From NCBI GenBank assembly GCA_965199145.1, contig CBDAQH010000002.1, forward strand, positions 2,146,012 to 2,210,011: a stretch of 64,000 nt of DNA, given 5' to 3'. The notes under the pieces are model-generated. The model did no database searches, was not told where the DNA came from, and saw only the letters and a program-made list of their open reading frames with translations. A program made the translations under genes and the position numbers. How positions within the stretch are numbered: the first letter of the stretch is position 1; the number at the start of each line of letters is the position of its first letter. Source of the DNA: Acidobacteriaceae bacterium (GTDB lineage Bacteria; Acidobacteriota; Terriglobia; Terriglobales; Acidobacteriaceae). This document shows positions 41,159 through 50,212 of the stretch, in pieces.

Positions 41159-42130
41159 ATGCCGCGTTCCTTTCGCAGGCTGGCCGTACACGTTGTCACG
41201 GCTGCTGTCTTTAGCGCAAGCGCTTCCGCTCAACAACATCTTCCGCCGTGGCAGCCGTCGCCAGGCCACCGGCAGATGCAGATCTGGCCCGGAGCCGCAC
41301 CCGACCCTGTCGCTTACAACGGCCCCGAGTACTCCGTTTCGGTCAGTGACAAGAAGGAACTCGTAGCAGGGAAGCCCTGGATCTCGGAGGAACGCGTATC
41401 CGTGCCGACCATGACCGTCTACGCACCAGCGACCACGAACACCGGAGCTGCCGTCCTCGTCTTTCCCGGAGGTGGCTATCAAATTCTGGCAATGGATCTG
41501 GAGGGTACAGAGGCCTGCGATTGGCTCACATCGCGAGGCATCACCTGCGTGCTCTTGAAGTATCGCGTTCCCGGTGTATCGAAGGATCCGCTCACAGGTG
41601 GGTACCCGCACGCTCCGCAGGCTCTCGACGATGCCCAAAGGACGATCAGCCTCACCCGGCTTCATGCTGCCGAGTGGGGTATCGACCCAAAGAAGATCGG
41701 CGTCATGGGTTTCTCTGCGGGCGGTCATCTTGTCGCAGCCACAAGCGTCCATTTCGCGAAACGTATCTACGGGCGCGTGGACGCAATAGATGACGTGAGC
41801 TGCCGTCCGGATTTCGCCATAGCCATCTACCCCGGCCACCTAATGGTCGCCAAAAACAGCTTCACTCTCCAGAAAGACATAAAAGACCATCTCTCCAGGC
41901 AAACGCCGCCGACGTTTCTCCTCCAGAACGAGGACGACGAGGTAGATGGCGTGGAACAAGCCCTCGCCTACTACGCCGGGCTCAAGCAGACCGGAGTCCC
42001 GGTGGAAATGCACCTATACGCACAAGGCGGCCATGCCTTCGGGCTACGGCGCACCGATCTCCCCGTCACCGCCTGGCCTGATCTGGTCGACAAGTGGCTG
42101 GTCACCATCGGTATCCTGCCAAAGCGGTAA
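41159..42130 (+). CDS. secreted alpha/beta hydrolase (esterase/lipase-type)
   Basis: Track ORF 41135..42130; ATG 41159 preferred (signal MPRSFRRLAVHVVTAAVFSASASA). LVFPGGGY oxyanion region, nucleophile elbow GFSAGGH, late GGHAF. Confidence 0.8.
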   Translation: MPRSFRRLAVHVVTAAVFSASASAQQHLPPWQPSPGHRQMQIWPGAAPDPVAYNGPEYSVSVSDKKELVAGKPWISEERVSVPTMTVYAPATTNTGAAVLVFPGGGYQILAMDLEGTEACDWLTSRGITCVLLKYRVPGVSKDPLTGGYPHAPQALDDAQRTISLTRLHAAEWGIDPKKIGVMGFSAGGHLVAATSVHFAKRIYGRVDAIDDVSCRPDFAIAIYPGHLMVAKNSFTLQKDIKDHLSRQTPPTFLLQNEDDEVDGVEQALAYYAGLKQTGVPVEMHLYAQGGHAFGLRRTDLPVTAWPDLVDKWLVTIGILPKR

Positions 42131-42207
42131 AGCAACGAGGCGGCAAAGAGTGATCCTGCCACCACCCTCCTATCGAAGTGCCTACCAAGCAAAACAGGGA
42201 GCCCCTT

Positions 42208-43305
42208 TCACCCCCGCCGCTCCCCCGCAAAAATCTCCATCAACTCTTGCGGGGCCACCACTTCCAGCTGCGCATACGTGCACTCACGCGGGCTCTTATC
42301 CGCCCGCCAACGCCTCCAATGCGCCAGGTGCCGAAAGCGATCCCCCTGCATATGCTCATACGCCACCTCGGCCACCAGCTCCGGCCGCAGCGGCTCCCAT
42401 GAGAGGTCTTTGCCCGCATTCCACCGGCTCGGCCCGCCCGGCATCCTCTGCCCTTCGACGCTGCCGTCTCCGTGCTCGGCCCCAGCCCAGTGCCGCCATG
42501 GGTGGCCTTCGAGAGCCCGCTCCCGATACGGCGCCAGAAACGCCACCAGCTCCCCGCGCCGCTCCTTCGTAAACGACGAGCAAACTCCCACATGCTGCAG
42601 CGCGCCCGCCCCGTCAAACAGCCCCAGCAGCAGCGAGCCCACCGCCGTTCCCTCGCCATCCTTGTGCCAGCGAAAGCCCGCGACCACGCAGTCGCAATCG
42701 CGCTCATGCTTCACCTTCAGCATCACGCGTTTGCCCGGCTGGTAGGTGCCGTTTGCCGCCTTGGCCATCACGCCATCGAGCCCCGCCCCTTCAAACTGCC
42801 CGAACCACTCGGCAGCTAGCGCTCGATCACTCGTCACCGGCGTTAGGTGCAGCGGCGCCGCCCGCCTGCCCAGTACCCGCTCCAGCTCCGCCCTCCGCTC
42901 CGCAAACGGCTCGCCGCGCAGGTCCCGGCCGCCCACTGTCAGCAGGTCGAAGAACACCACCGACGCCGGCGTCTGCTCCGCCAGCAACTTGATCCGCGAT
43001 GCCGCCGGGTGCACCCTCTGCGACAACTTGTCGAAGTCCAGCCCGCGCTCACCCGCGATCACAATCTCGCCATCGAGCACACACTGCTCCGGCAGCTGCA
43101 CCCGCATGGGCTCCAGCAGCTCCGGAAAATACCGGTTGAGTGGCTTCGCATCCCGGCTCTGCAGCAGCACCTCATCGCCGTCCCGAAACACCACCACCCG
43201 AAACCCATCCCACTTCGGCTCGAATAGCCAGCCGTCACCCTCCGGCAGCGCATCCACACGCTTGGCCAGCATCGGCGCCACAGGCGAGCTCACAATCGCG
43301 GTCAC
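42208..43305 (-). CDS. ATP-dependent DNA ligase (LigD/LigC ligase-domain type)
   Basis: 365 aa. Motif I FEPKWDGFR. Adenylation plus OB-fold length. It is convergent with the hydrolase gene. Confidence 0.88.
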   Translation of the reverse strand: MTAIVSSPVAPMLAKRVDALPEGDGWLFEPKWDGFRVVVFRDGDEVLLQSRDAKPLNRYFPELLEPMRVQLPEQCVLDGEIVIAGERGLDFDKLSQRVHPAASRIKLLAEQTPASVVFFDLLTVGGRDLRGEPFAERRAELERVLGRRAAPLHLTPVTSDRALAAEWFGQFEGAGLDGVMAKAANGTYQPGKRVMLKVKHERDCDCVVAGFRWHKDGEGTAVGSLLLGLFDGAGALQHVGVCSSFTKERRGELVAFLAPYRERALEGHPWRHWAGAEHGDGSVEGQRMPGGPSRWNAGKDLSWEPLRPELVAEVAYEHMQGDRFRHLAHWRRWRADKSPRECTYAQLEVVAPQELMEIFAGERRG

Positions 43306-43453
43306 GCGACCATCCTACGCGCCCATCCGCCAACCGGAACTCTCATTCTCCTCAGCAACTCCACCCTCGTCCCACTACGGAATCCGCTCCGAAACAGGAC
43401 CCGGGTTTGGCCCGGCTCTCGCCCCTGAGATCTCCGGATCACAAAAGCGCGTG

Positions 43454-43576
43454 CCCCAGGTCTCTCTCTTGAGACCTTTGCCAAGCAAGCCCCTACGACT
43501 CACCCCAATCCACAATCCCCTTCGCCATGGCCATCCCGAGCGAACTCGGTAGCGCTCCGTGTCAAAGGATCCTCGC
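43454..43576 (+). repeat. composite A+B repeat copy (slightly degenerate A arm)
   Basis: CCCCAGGTCTC-TCTCTT-GAGACCTTTG at 43454-43480. The B box CCATCCCGAGCGAACTCGGTAGCGCTCCGTGTCAAAGGATCC starts at 43531. Confidence 0.7.
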
Positions 43577-43602
43577 TTAGCCCCCAGCACCTGCACCCCA
43601 TC

Positions 43603-44241
43603 TCACCCCGGCCGCTCCAACTCAAACAAATCCCTCGTCCGCACATACGCCGACCCCGCCATCCTCCCCACCGCCTCCAGCTTGCCCGGCGCCACATGAA
43701 ACCCCGGCTCCAGCACCGCCTCGCTCACGTGGTATCGCACCACCTCGCCCAGCACGATCACCGCGCCAAAGACCGCCTCGCTCACCTCCACAATCTGCCG
43801 CAGCCGGCACTCCATCTGCACCTTGGCTTCGCCCACCCGCGGGGCACGCACCATCTCCCCCGGCACCGCTGTCAGCCCCGCCTGCACAAATTCGTCCTCG
43901 CCCGCAGGCAGCTGCGCAGCCGTCGCATTCATCGCCTCCGCCGTGTCCTCGGCCACGATGTTCACCACAAACTCACCCGTCGCCCGGATATTCTCCAGCG
44001 TGTCCTTGGTCGCCCGCAGCCCGTTCTTCGCCTCCCGCACCCCCGGGCAAAAGCACAGCACCGGCGGGTTCGCGCTCACCACCGTGAAAAACGAGTACGG
44101 CGCCAGGTTCCGCGCCCCTGCCGCATCCACCGTCGAAACCCACGCAATCGGCCGCGGCACCACCGACCCCGCCAGCAATTTATAGTTCTCCATCGGGCTC
44201 AGCGCCGCGGCCGCAAAGCTTTGTGTCTTCTGCATCTCCAT
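43603..44241 (-). CDS. flavin reductase-like FMN-binding protein
   Basis: 212 aa. YKLLAGSVVPRPIAWVSTVDAAGARNLAPYSFF is typical of the split-barrel flavin reductase domain. Confidence 0.8.
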   Translation of the reverse strand: MEMQKTQSFAAAALSPMENYKLLAGSVVPRPIAWVSTVDAAGARNLAPYSFFTVVSANPPVLCFCPGVREAKNGLRATKDTLENIRATGEFVVNIVAEDTAEAMNATAAQLPAGEDEFVQAGLTAVPGEMVRAPRVGEAKVQMECRLRQIVEVSEAVFGAVIVLGEVVRYHVSEAVLEPGFHVAPGKLEAVGRMAGSAYVRTRDLFELERPG

Positions 44242-44409
44242 ACGGTTCCTTGTTCAGCCTTCGCTTCTCTGGACTAGTCTTGCCTAAGGTGGATGCATCT
44301 TGGCCATGCCGGTGCATCTACCACTCATTACGGCGACAAAGCACTCACGAGAGCTTGGCGTCTAAGGAACCCGAACCACGCTCGCACCCCGAGGAGAAAG
44401 CCGCTCCGC

Positions 44410-47400
44410 ATGTTTGAATTCCACATCTCACGCGCTGCCCGTGACCGCTACGGTGTCACTGACGTCCTTTTCGCCTTCGACGGCAACGCCGTGTTTGCCA
44501 ATCCGGCTGCCAGCCGCGAGCTTGCCCACCGCATCAATCAGGTCCGCGGCGCGGAGAACGACCCCGCGCGTCCAGTGGAAACAGTCCAGCCCGCTGCCCT
44601 CTTCGCCATGGGTCTCATCGACGAAGCCGCCCACGCCCTGTTCGAGTACTACCGCAAAACCGTCGCCCCCCAGATCATGAGCGAAGCACTCCAGCACTTT
44701 GAGCAGCAGGTCGGCGCCCCCGCGCTCGGGCAGCTCCTGCTCGCCTTTACTGAGCAGTTTCCCAACGCTGAGGTCTATGCCGGCACACTCACCGCCGCTG
44801 ACTGGCTCGCCGGCTCGACCGACAGCACCCCGCACACTGAAGCCGCGCTCGAAGAGCTCATGCTGCTCTGGTTTGAAAACCAGAACCCCGCTTTCGCGCC
44901 TTTCCGTGAGCTCTTCGACGACACGACCCTCGCTGAGACCACCGTCTACCGCCAGGTCACCGCCCAGCTGCCCGCCTTCTTCGCCGCCATGCCCGACCTC
45001 GGCGCCGGTCGCGGGGGCATCTTCTCACTCCTGCTCTCGGTCCTCACCGTCGGCGGCCCGCTCTCTGACCAGCTCTCCCTCCTGCGCGGCCGCTGGGGCT
45101 TCGCCGTTGACGACCTCCTACGCCGCCTCCTCATGGCCGGCGACATCCTCAAGGAGGAAGAAGTCGCCCTCTGGCTCCAGTTCAATCCGGCCAATGCCGA
45201 CACGCAAGCCCGCCGCGCTCGCTTCGGCGGCCAGGGCGACGCTCACGGCGAAGTCCCCACCTTCACCACCGCGCCCAACGAGTACGAGCACTTCTCCCCC
45301 GACCAGGAGTGGATGCCCCGCACCGTCATGATCGCCAAAAGCACCTACGTCTGGCTTCACCAGCTCTCCCGCTTCTACGGCCACACCATTGAGCGGCTGG
45401 ACCAGATCCCCGACGCCGAGCTCGAGTCCCTCGCCCGCCGCGGCATGAACGCCCTCTGGCTCATCGGCGTCTGGGAGCGCTCGCGCGCCTCCAAAACCAT
45501 CAAGAACCTCTGCGGCAATCCCGACGCCGTCGCCAGCGCCTACTCGCTCTATAGCTACACCATCGCTGGCAACCTCGGCGGCGAGCCCGCCTACCGCGAC
45601 CTCCGCGACCGCTGCCTGCGCTTCGGCATTCGCCTCGCGTCTGACATGGTCCCCAACCACATGGGTATCGACTCCACCTGGGTCGTCGAGCACCCCGAGT
45701 GGTTCCTTTCCCGCCGCGACTCGCCCTATCCCGCCTACTCCTTTACCGGGCCTGATCTCTCCGGTGACGACCGCGTCGAAATCAAGATTGAGGACCACTA
45801 TTACGGGCAAACCGATGCCGCCGTCGTCTTCCAGCGGCGCGACAAGTGGACCGGCGACACCGAGCTCATCTACCACGGCAACGACGGTACCTCCTTCCCC
45901 TGGAACGACACCGCCCAGCTCAACTACCTCAGCGCCCAGGTGCGCGAGCAGGTCATCCAGACCATCCTCGACGTCGCCCGGCAATTCCCCATCATCCGCT
46001 TTGACGCCGCCATGACGCTTGCCAAGCGTCACATTCAACGCCTTTGGTTTCCCGTTCCAGGTGCCGGCGGTTCCATCCCTTCGCGCGCCGAGTCCGCCAT
46101 GACCACCGAAGACTTCGACCGCGCCATCCCCGAAGAGTTCTGGCGCGAGGTCGTCGACCGCGTCGCCCGTGAAGTCCCCGGTACCCTCCTGCTCGCCGAA
46201 GCCTTCTGGCTCATGGAAGGCTACTTCGTCCGCACCCTCGGCATGCACCGCGTCTACAACTCCGCTTTCATGGTCATGCTGCGCGACGAGGACAACGCCA
46301 ACTACCGCAAGGTCCTCAAGAACACCCTTGAGTTCGATCCCGGCATCATGAAGCGCTACGTCAACTTCATGTCCAATCCCGACGAGCGCACCGCCATCGA
46401 CCAGTTCGGCTCCGGCGACAAGTTCTTCGGCGTCGCCTCCCTCATGGCCACACTTCCCGGCCTGCCCATGTTCGGCCACGGCCAGGTCGAGGGCTTTACC
46501 GAAAAGTACGGTATGGAGTACTACCGCCCCCGCTACGACGAGTGGAGCAACGACGCCCTCGTCGACCGCCACAACCGCGAGATCGCCCCGCTGCTCCACC
46601 GCCGCGACCTCTTCGCGGAAAGCGACAACTTCCTGCTCTACGACCTCTGGCATGAGGGCGGGGGCGTCAACGAGAACGTCTTCGCCTACTCCAACCAGCG
46701 CGACGGCGCGCGCGCCCTGGTCGTCTACAACAACAGCTATAGCGTCGCCAGCGGCACTCTTCATCACTCCGCCGCCTACATGGATAAAGGAGCAGGCGAG
46801 CTCCGCCGCCGCCCCATCCACGACGGCCTCGCTCTCTCCGGCGAGGGCAACGTCATCTACGGCTACCGCAACAATGCATCCGGTCTCCACCACCTGCGCC
46901 GCGGCTCCGCCCTCCACGAGCACGGCCTCCACGTCGACCTCGGCGGCTACGGCTATGCTGTCCTGCTCGACTGGCGCGAGCTACGCGCCGACGAAGCTCA
47001 CCAGTGGGACCGCCTCTGCGACACACTCAACGGCCGCGGTGTCGAAGACCTCGACCGCGCCCTCATCGCCCTTGAGCTCGAGCACGTCCACCACGCTCTG
47101 CGCCAGACCCTCGAGCCCCGCTTCGTTCGCGAGTTCGCCGCCCTCGCTGCCCAAACCGCAGCCATGCAGACGCCCTCCGGCACCGCGGCCCGCGCCGAGT
47201 CCGAAGACCTCATGCCCCACAGCGAGCTGCTCGAACAGTGGATCGAGCGCGCCGCCGCTTTCGTCGCCATCACCCGCGACGAATACCTCAAGCGCATCGG
47301 CGCTCCGCCGCAAGACTCTGCATCCGTCACCATTCCTGCGACAGATTCCACCGTTGCCCCAGGTCAAAGCTCGAGTCACCCTGAGCGCAGCGCAGCAGAG

Positions 47401-48645
47401 TCGAAGGATCGGCGGTCGTCCCTATCCGTAACCATTCCTGCAACAGAAAGCCTCACCCCCGAACTCACTGCCGCCGAGCAAACCAACGAGGACTCTCTTA
47501 CCCAAACCCGCATCCGTGAGCGCATCCACGCCCTGCTTCGTCTGCCTCTCTCGGAAACGCAATTCGCCCAGCCCTGGCCGACTGAAGCCCGTCGCGTCCT
47601 GCCCAGCCAGAGCCCCCTGACCAACGCCGGCTGGGTCTGGTCCCCGGTGCTCGCTTACACCCTTTTCGCCGCCTTTGGTGAGTCGCTCTCGCTCGCCGCG
47701 CCCTCCGATCCAGCGCTCGCCATCTTCGACACCTTCGGCCTCCGCACCGTTCTCGCCGAAGCCTTCGCCCGCCTCGAGTTCATCGGTGAAGACATCTGGC
47801 GCGCTGCCTCTCGCGTCCGTATCGCGCTCTCTGCCGCCGTCAAGCCCGCAGAGGCCGAGCCCTCCGGCAAGCACGCCGAAGAGGTGCAACGCGAAGCAGG
47901 CGCCGCACAGCACGGCCTCCCACTCTCTGCCTGGGAGGACGGCGAGCTCCGCTGGCTCACCGGCGTCAATACCCACGCCGGCACCACCTACTTCAACCGC
48001 GAAGCTCACGCCGAAATGCTCTGGTGGCGCGCCCTCCCCGAGCTGCTCCAGATCACCGAGTCCTCACCCATCGACCGCAAAGCACTCGAGGCCGTCGCCT
48101 CCTCCATCGCCGGCGGCCTCGCCAGCGCCGCTGCGGCCGGTTACCAGCTGTCTAGCCCGGTTCTGGAACCGGAACCGGAACCGCCAACCGGTCAGGCGAA
48201 GGGTCTGGAAACAGACTCAACATCGACCCCCAGCCCCAAACCGCCGTCCTCCCCTGCCGAGCACACTGCCGAGCACACCGACGGGCCCGCCGCCAGAGCC
48301 TCGGACTCCGAGCCCATGCCTGAGGACGAAGCAGCCGATGCCTATGGGACCGGCGACCGCAGAGGCGCCGCCGGCAGCGTTCAGGCTCCTTACCATCCCA
48401 AAGACAAAGCGCACGAAACACACACCGCCCATGTCATCGCCGCACTCACCGAAGCTGTGCGCGAAGATGCCGTCGCCATCGCTCTCGAGACCGCCGTTCC
48501 CCCTCTCGAAACAGAGCGCCCCTCACCCCTCACCCCTGGCGATCCCGAGCCAGAAATCGTCGCCCACATCGAGTCGCTCCGCCCCGCTCCGCCTCCTGCA
48601 CCCGCCGTCCCTGGCAAGAGCAAAGGACGGAAATCCAAGAAGTAA
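44410..48645 (+). CDS. very large alpha-amylase-family (GH13-like) protein with long low-complexity C-terminal half
   Basis: Track ORF 44293..48645 trimmed to ATG 44410, with GAGGAG upstream. GH13-like regions DMVPNHMG, IIRFDAAMTLAKRH, LLLAEAFW and NFMSNPDE. The C-terminal 500 aa or so are Pro/Ala/Ser/Glu-rich. Confidence 0.75.
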   Translation: MFEFHISRAARDRYGVTDVLFAFDGNAVFANPAASRELAHRINQVRGAENDPARPVETVQPAALFAMGLIDEAAHALFEYYRKTVAPQIMSEALQHFEQQVGAPALGQLLLAFTEQFPNAEVYAGTLTAADWLAGSTDSTPHTEAALEELMLLWFENQNPAFAPFRELFDDTTLAETTVYRQVTAQLPAFFAAMPDLGAGRGGIFSLLLSVLTVGGPLSDQLSLLRGRWGFAVDDLLRRLLMAGDILKEEEVALWLQFNPANADTQARRARFGGQGDAHGEVPTFTTAPNEYEHFSPDQEWMPRTVMIAKSTYVWLHQLSRFYGHTIERLDQIPDAELESLARRGMNALWLIGVWERSRASKTIKNLCGNPDAVASAYSLYSYTIAGNLGGEPAYRDLRDRCLRFGIRLASDMVPNHMGIDSTWVVEHPEWFLSRRDSPYPAYSFTGPDLSGDDRVEIKIEDHYYGQTDAAVVFQRRDKWTGDTELIYHGNDGTSFPWNDTAQLNYLSAQVREQVIQTILDVARQFPIIRFDAAMTLAKRHIQRLWFPVPGAGGSIPSRAESAMTTEDFDRAIPEEFWREVVDRVAREVPGTLLLAEAFWLMEGYFVRTLGMHRVYNSAFMVMLRDEDNANYRKVLKNTLEFDPGIMKRYVNFMSNPDERTAIDQFGSGDKFFGVASLMATLPGLPMFGHGQVEGFTEKYGMEYYRPRYDEWSNDALVDRHNREIAPLLHRRDLFAESDNFLLYDLWHEGGGVNENVFAYSNQRDGARALVVYNNSYSVASGTLHHSAAYMDKGAGELRRRPIHDGLALSGEGNVIYGYRNNASGLHHLRRGSALHEHGLHVDLGGYGYAVLLDWRELRADEAHQWDRLCDTLNGRGVEDLDRALIALELEHVHHALRQTLEPRFVREFAALAAQTAAMQTPSGTAARAESEDLMPHSELLEQWIERAAAFVAITRDEYLKRIGAPPQDSASVTIPATDSTVAPGQSSSHPERSAAESKDRRSSLSVTIPATESLTPELTAAEQTNEDSLTQTRIRERIHALLRLPLSETQFAQPWPTEARRVLPSQSPLTNAGWVWSPVLAYTLFAAFGESLSLAAPSDPALAIFDTFGLRTVLAEAFARLEFIGEDIWRAASRVRIALSAAVKPAEAEPSGKHAEEVQREAGAAQHGLPLSAWEDGELRWLTGVNTHAGTTYFNREAHAEMLWWRALPELLQITESSPIDRKALEAVASSIAGGLASAAAAGYQLSSPVLEPEPEPPTGQAKGLETDSTSTPSPKPPSSPAEHTAEHTDGPAARASDSEPMPEDEAADAYGTGDRRGAAGSVQAPYHPKDKAHETHTAHVIAALTEAVREDAVAIALETAVPPLETERPSPLTPGDPEPEIVAHIESLRPAPPPAPAVPGKSKGRKSKK
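47346..47423 (+). repeat. truncated A+B repeat copy inserted in frame inside the GH13-like CDS
   Basis: ...GCCCCAGGTCAAAGCTCGAGTCACCCTGAGCGCAGCGCAGCAGAGTCGAAGGATCGGCGG... It is flanked by 24-bp direct repeats at 47322-47345 and 47424-47447 (22 of 24 identical). Confidence 0.65.
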
Positions 48646-48676
48646 CATTGGCTCCTGTGTGACTCACTCGGTTACC

Positions 48677-48702
48677 CCCGGGTCTCGCTTCTGAGACCCG
48701 GG
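48677..48702 (+). repeat. family-A hairpin repeat (compensated variant)
   Basis: CCCGGGTCTC-GCTTCT-GAGACCCGGG. The A-T pair of the canonical stem is replaced by G-C. Confidence 0.65.
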
Positions 48703-48740
48703 TAAGCAAACACCCGCCATCCCAGCACCTACGTACACCC

Positions 48741-48790
48741 CCACTGAAGGTGGTGCCAGCCGCAATACGCTATGCGCCAGCAGGCGGTTT
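48741..48790 (+). repeat. degenerate family-C-like motif
   Basis: CCAC-TGAAG-GTGG, then TGCCAGCCGC...GCGCCAGCAGGCGGTTT. It resembles the family-C core with an internal insertion. Confidence 0.3.
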
Positions 48791-48811
48791 ACCTATCTCT
48801 TACCTGCAAAC

Positions 48812-48851
48812 GAAGAAAAGGGCGGAGCCTTTCGGCTCCGCCCTCTCTTTG
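48812..48851 (-). terminator. bidirectional rho-independent terminator between the GH13-like gene and nrdB
   Basis: GGGCGGAGCC (48820-48829), loop TTTC, GGCTCCGCCC (48834-48843). The minus strand continues TTTTCTTCG and the plus strand continues TCTCTTTG. It lies 18 nt beyond the nrdB stop. Confidence 0.75.
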
Positions 48852-48861
48852 TCCTGCATCC

Positions 48862-49887
48862 TTAGAACTCCTCGTGGAACGCGACCTCGCCTTCCACGGC
48901 TACCTGGTACGCTGACACGCGGCGCTCGAAGAAGTTCGTCAGCTCCTGCACATCCTGCAGATCCATAAATGGGAATGGGTTGTGTGAGCCGAAGACCTTC
49001 TGCATGCCCAGGCGTTCCAGCCGCTGGTCTGCCACGTACTGCAGGTACTCGCGCATGTCCCGCGTGGAAAGTCCGGCCACGCCGCCTTCCAGCAGATCCT
49101 CCGAAAACTGCAGCTCCGCATCCACTGCTTCTCGCATCATCTGCGTGACCTGTTGCTGCATCCGCGCGTCAAACATCCCCGGGTGCTGCTCCCGCACCGT
49201 CCGCACCACTTCAAACGCAAACTCCAGGTGCGCGCTCTCATCGCGGAACACCCAGTTTGTGCCCGCCGCCAACCCATGCAGCATCCCGCGCGAGCGGAAG
49301 AAATACACATACGCAAACGCCGCGAAAAAGAAGAGCCCTTCGATGCAGCCTGCAAAGCAGATCAGGTTCAACAGAAACTGCCGGCGGTGCTCCTCGCTCT
49401 CGAGCGTATCCAGTTTCTCAATCGAATCCATCCACTTCGTGCAGAAGTCGGCCTTCCTCGCGATCGACGGAATGTTATCGACTGCTGCAAACGCCGCATT
49501 CCTCTCGGAAGGCTCCGGGATGTAGTTGTCCAGCAGCGTCAGGTAGAACTGCACATGCACCGCTTCCTCGTATAGCTGGCGCGACAGGTAAAGCCGCGCT
49601 TCCGGCGAGTTGATGTGCTTGTACAGGTTCAGCACCAGGTTGTTCGACACAATCGAATCGCCCGTCGCAAAGAACGCAACCAGCCTCTGAATCGTGTGCA
49701 CCTCGGCTGGCGTCAGCCGCTGCTTCAAGTCCACCAGGTCGGTCGAGAAGTCGATCTCCTCCACCGTCCACGTATTCTTGATCCCGTCCTTGAACATCTC
49801 GAAAAACGTGGGATACTTCATCGGCCGCAGAGTCAAACACATCCCTGGGTCAAGTATGGAATCAGGTACATCAACAGATGACGACAT
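48862..49887 (-). CDS. nrdB: class I ribonucleotide reductase beta subunit (R2)
   Basis: Track ORF trimmed to ATG 49887, with AAGGAG 8 nt upstream. Di-iron/radical-site context EEAVHVQFY, EGLFFFAAFAYVYFF and FRDESAHLEF. Confidence 0.93.
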   Translation of the reverse strand: MSSSVDVPDSILDPGMCLTLRPMKYPTFFEMFKDGIKNTWTVEEIDFSTDLVDLKQRLTPAEVHTIQRLVAFFATGDSIVSNNLVLNLYKHINSPEARLYLSRQLYEEAVHVQFYLTLLDNYIPEPSERNAAFAAVDNIPSIARKADFCTKWMDSIEKLDTLESEEHRRQFLLNLICFAGCIEGLFFFAAFAYVYFFRSRGMLHGLAAGTNWVFRDESAHLEFAFEVVRTVREQHPGMFDARMQQQVTQMMREAVDAELQFSEDLLEGGVAGLSTRDMREYLQYVADQRLERLGMQKVFGSHNPFPFMDLQDVQELTNFFERRVSAYQVAVEGEVAFHEEF

Positions 49888-49920
49888 AAGTAACTCTCCT
49901 TGTGACAAATTCGATCCAAA

Positions 49921-49958
49921 ATCAAAACCGCCTGCGCAGCTGACGGCTACTTCATGGC
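49921..49958 (-). repeat. family-C hairpin motif, minus-strand copy just upstream of the nrdB RBS (terminator-like)
   Basis: Minus strand reads GAAGTAGCCGTCAGCTGCGCAGGCGGTTTTGAT. The core corresponds to plus-strand 49928-49946. The T run ends 34 nt before the nrdB ATG. Confidence 0.55.
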
Positions 49959-49998
49959 ATGCCTAGCTGAACCTCTAAACTGCCTATCACTCCGGGTG

Positions 49999-50025
49999 CC
50001 CCAGGTCTCGCTTCTGAGACCTGGG
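49999..50025 (+). repeat. family-A hairpin repeat in the nrdA-nrdB spacer
   Basis: CCCCAGGTCTC-GCTTCT-GAGACCTGGG followed by the tail CAAAGCAAACTCCC. Confidence 0.7.
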
Positions 50026-50113
50026 CAAAGCAAACTCCCGAAACACCACCCAGCCCACACCCACCAAGAGCGGTCCACCCCACTGCCGCCCGACCAGCGG
50101 GAGGACCACCTCT

Positions 50114-50212
50114 GCCGCGAAGCGGCCGCTAGCCCCACCGCAGGTGGCCGCGAAGCGGCTGTTGGCCCCACTGCAGGTGGCCGCGAAGCGGACGCTGGCC
50201 CCACCGCAGGTG
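50114..50212 (+). repeat. 3 x 33-bp tandem repeat (expanded family-C unit)
   Basis: Units at 50114-50146, 50147-50179 and 50180-50212: GCCGCGAAGCGGCCGCTAGCCCCACCGCAGGTG with a few substitutions. Each unit holds GCCGC-GAA-GCGGC and CCACC-GCA-GGTGG mini-hairpins. The array ends 10 nt from the nrdA stop. Confidence 0.85.

Noticed and set aside
45118-46932. 604-aa minus-strand ORF
   Set aside because: It is antisense to the GH13-like gene, and its translation is Gly/Val/Ala/Asp low complexity. The plus frame carries the recognisable catalytic motifs.
50114-50212. CRISPR array
   Set aside because: The 33-bp units are directly tandem, with no unique spacers between them and no cas genes nearby.
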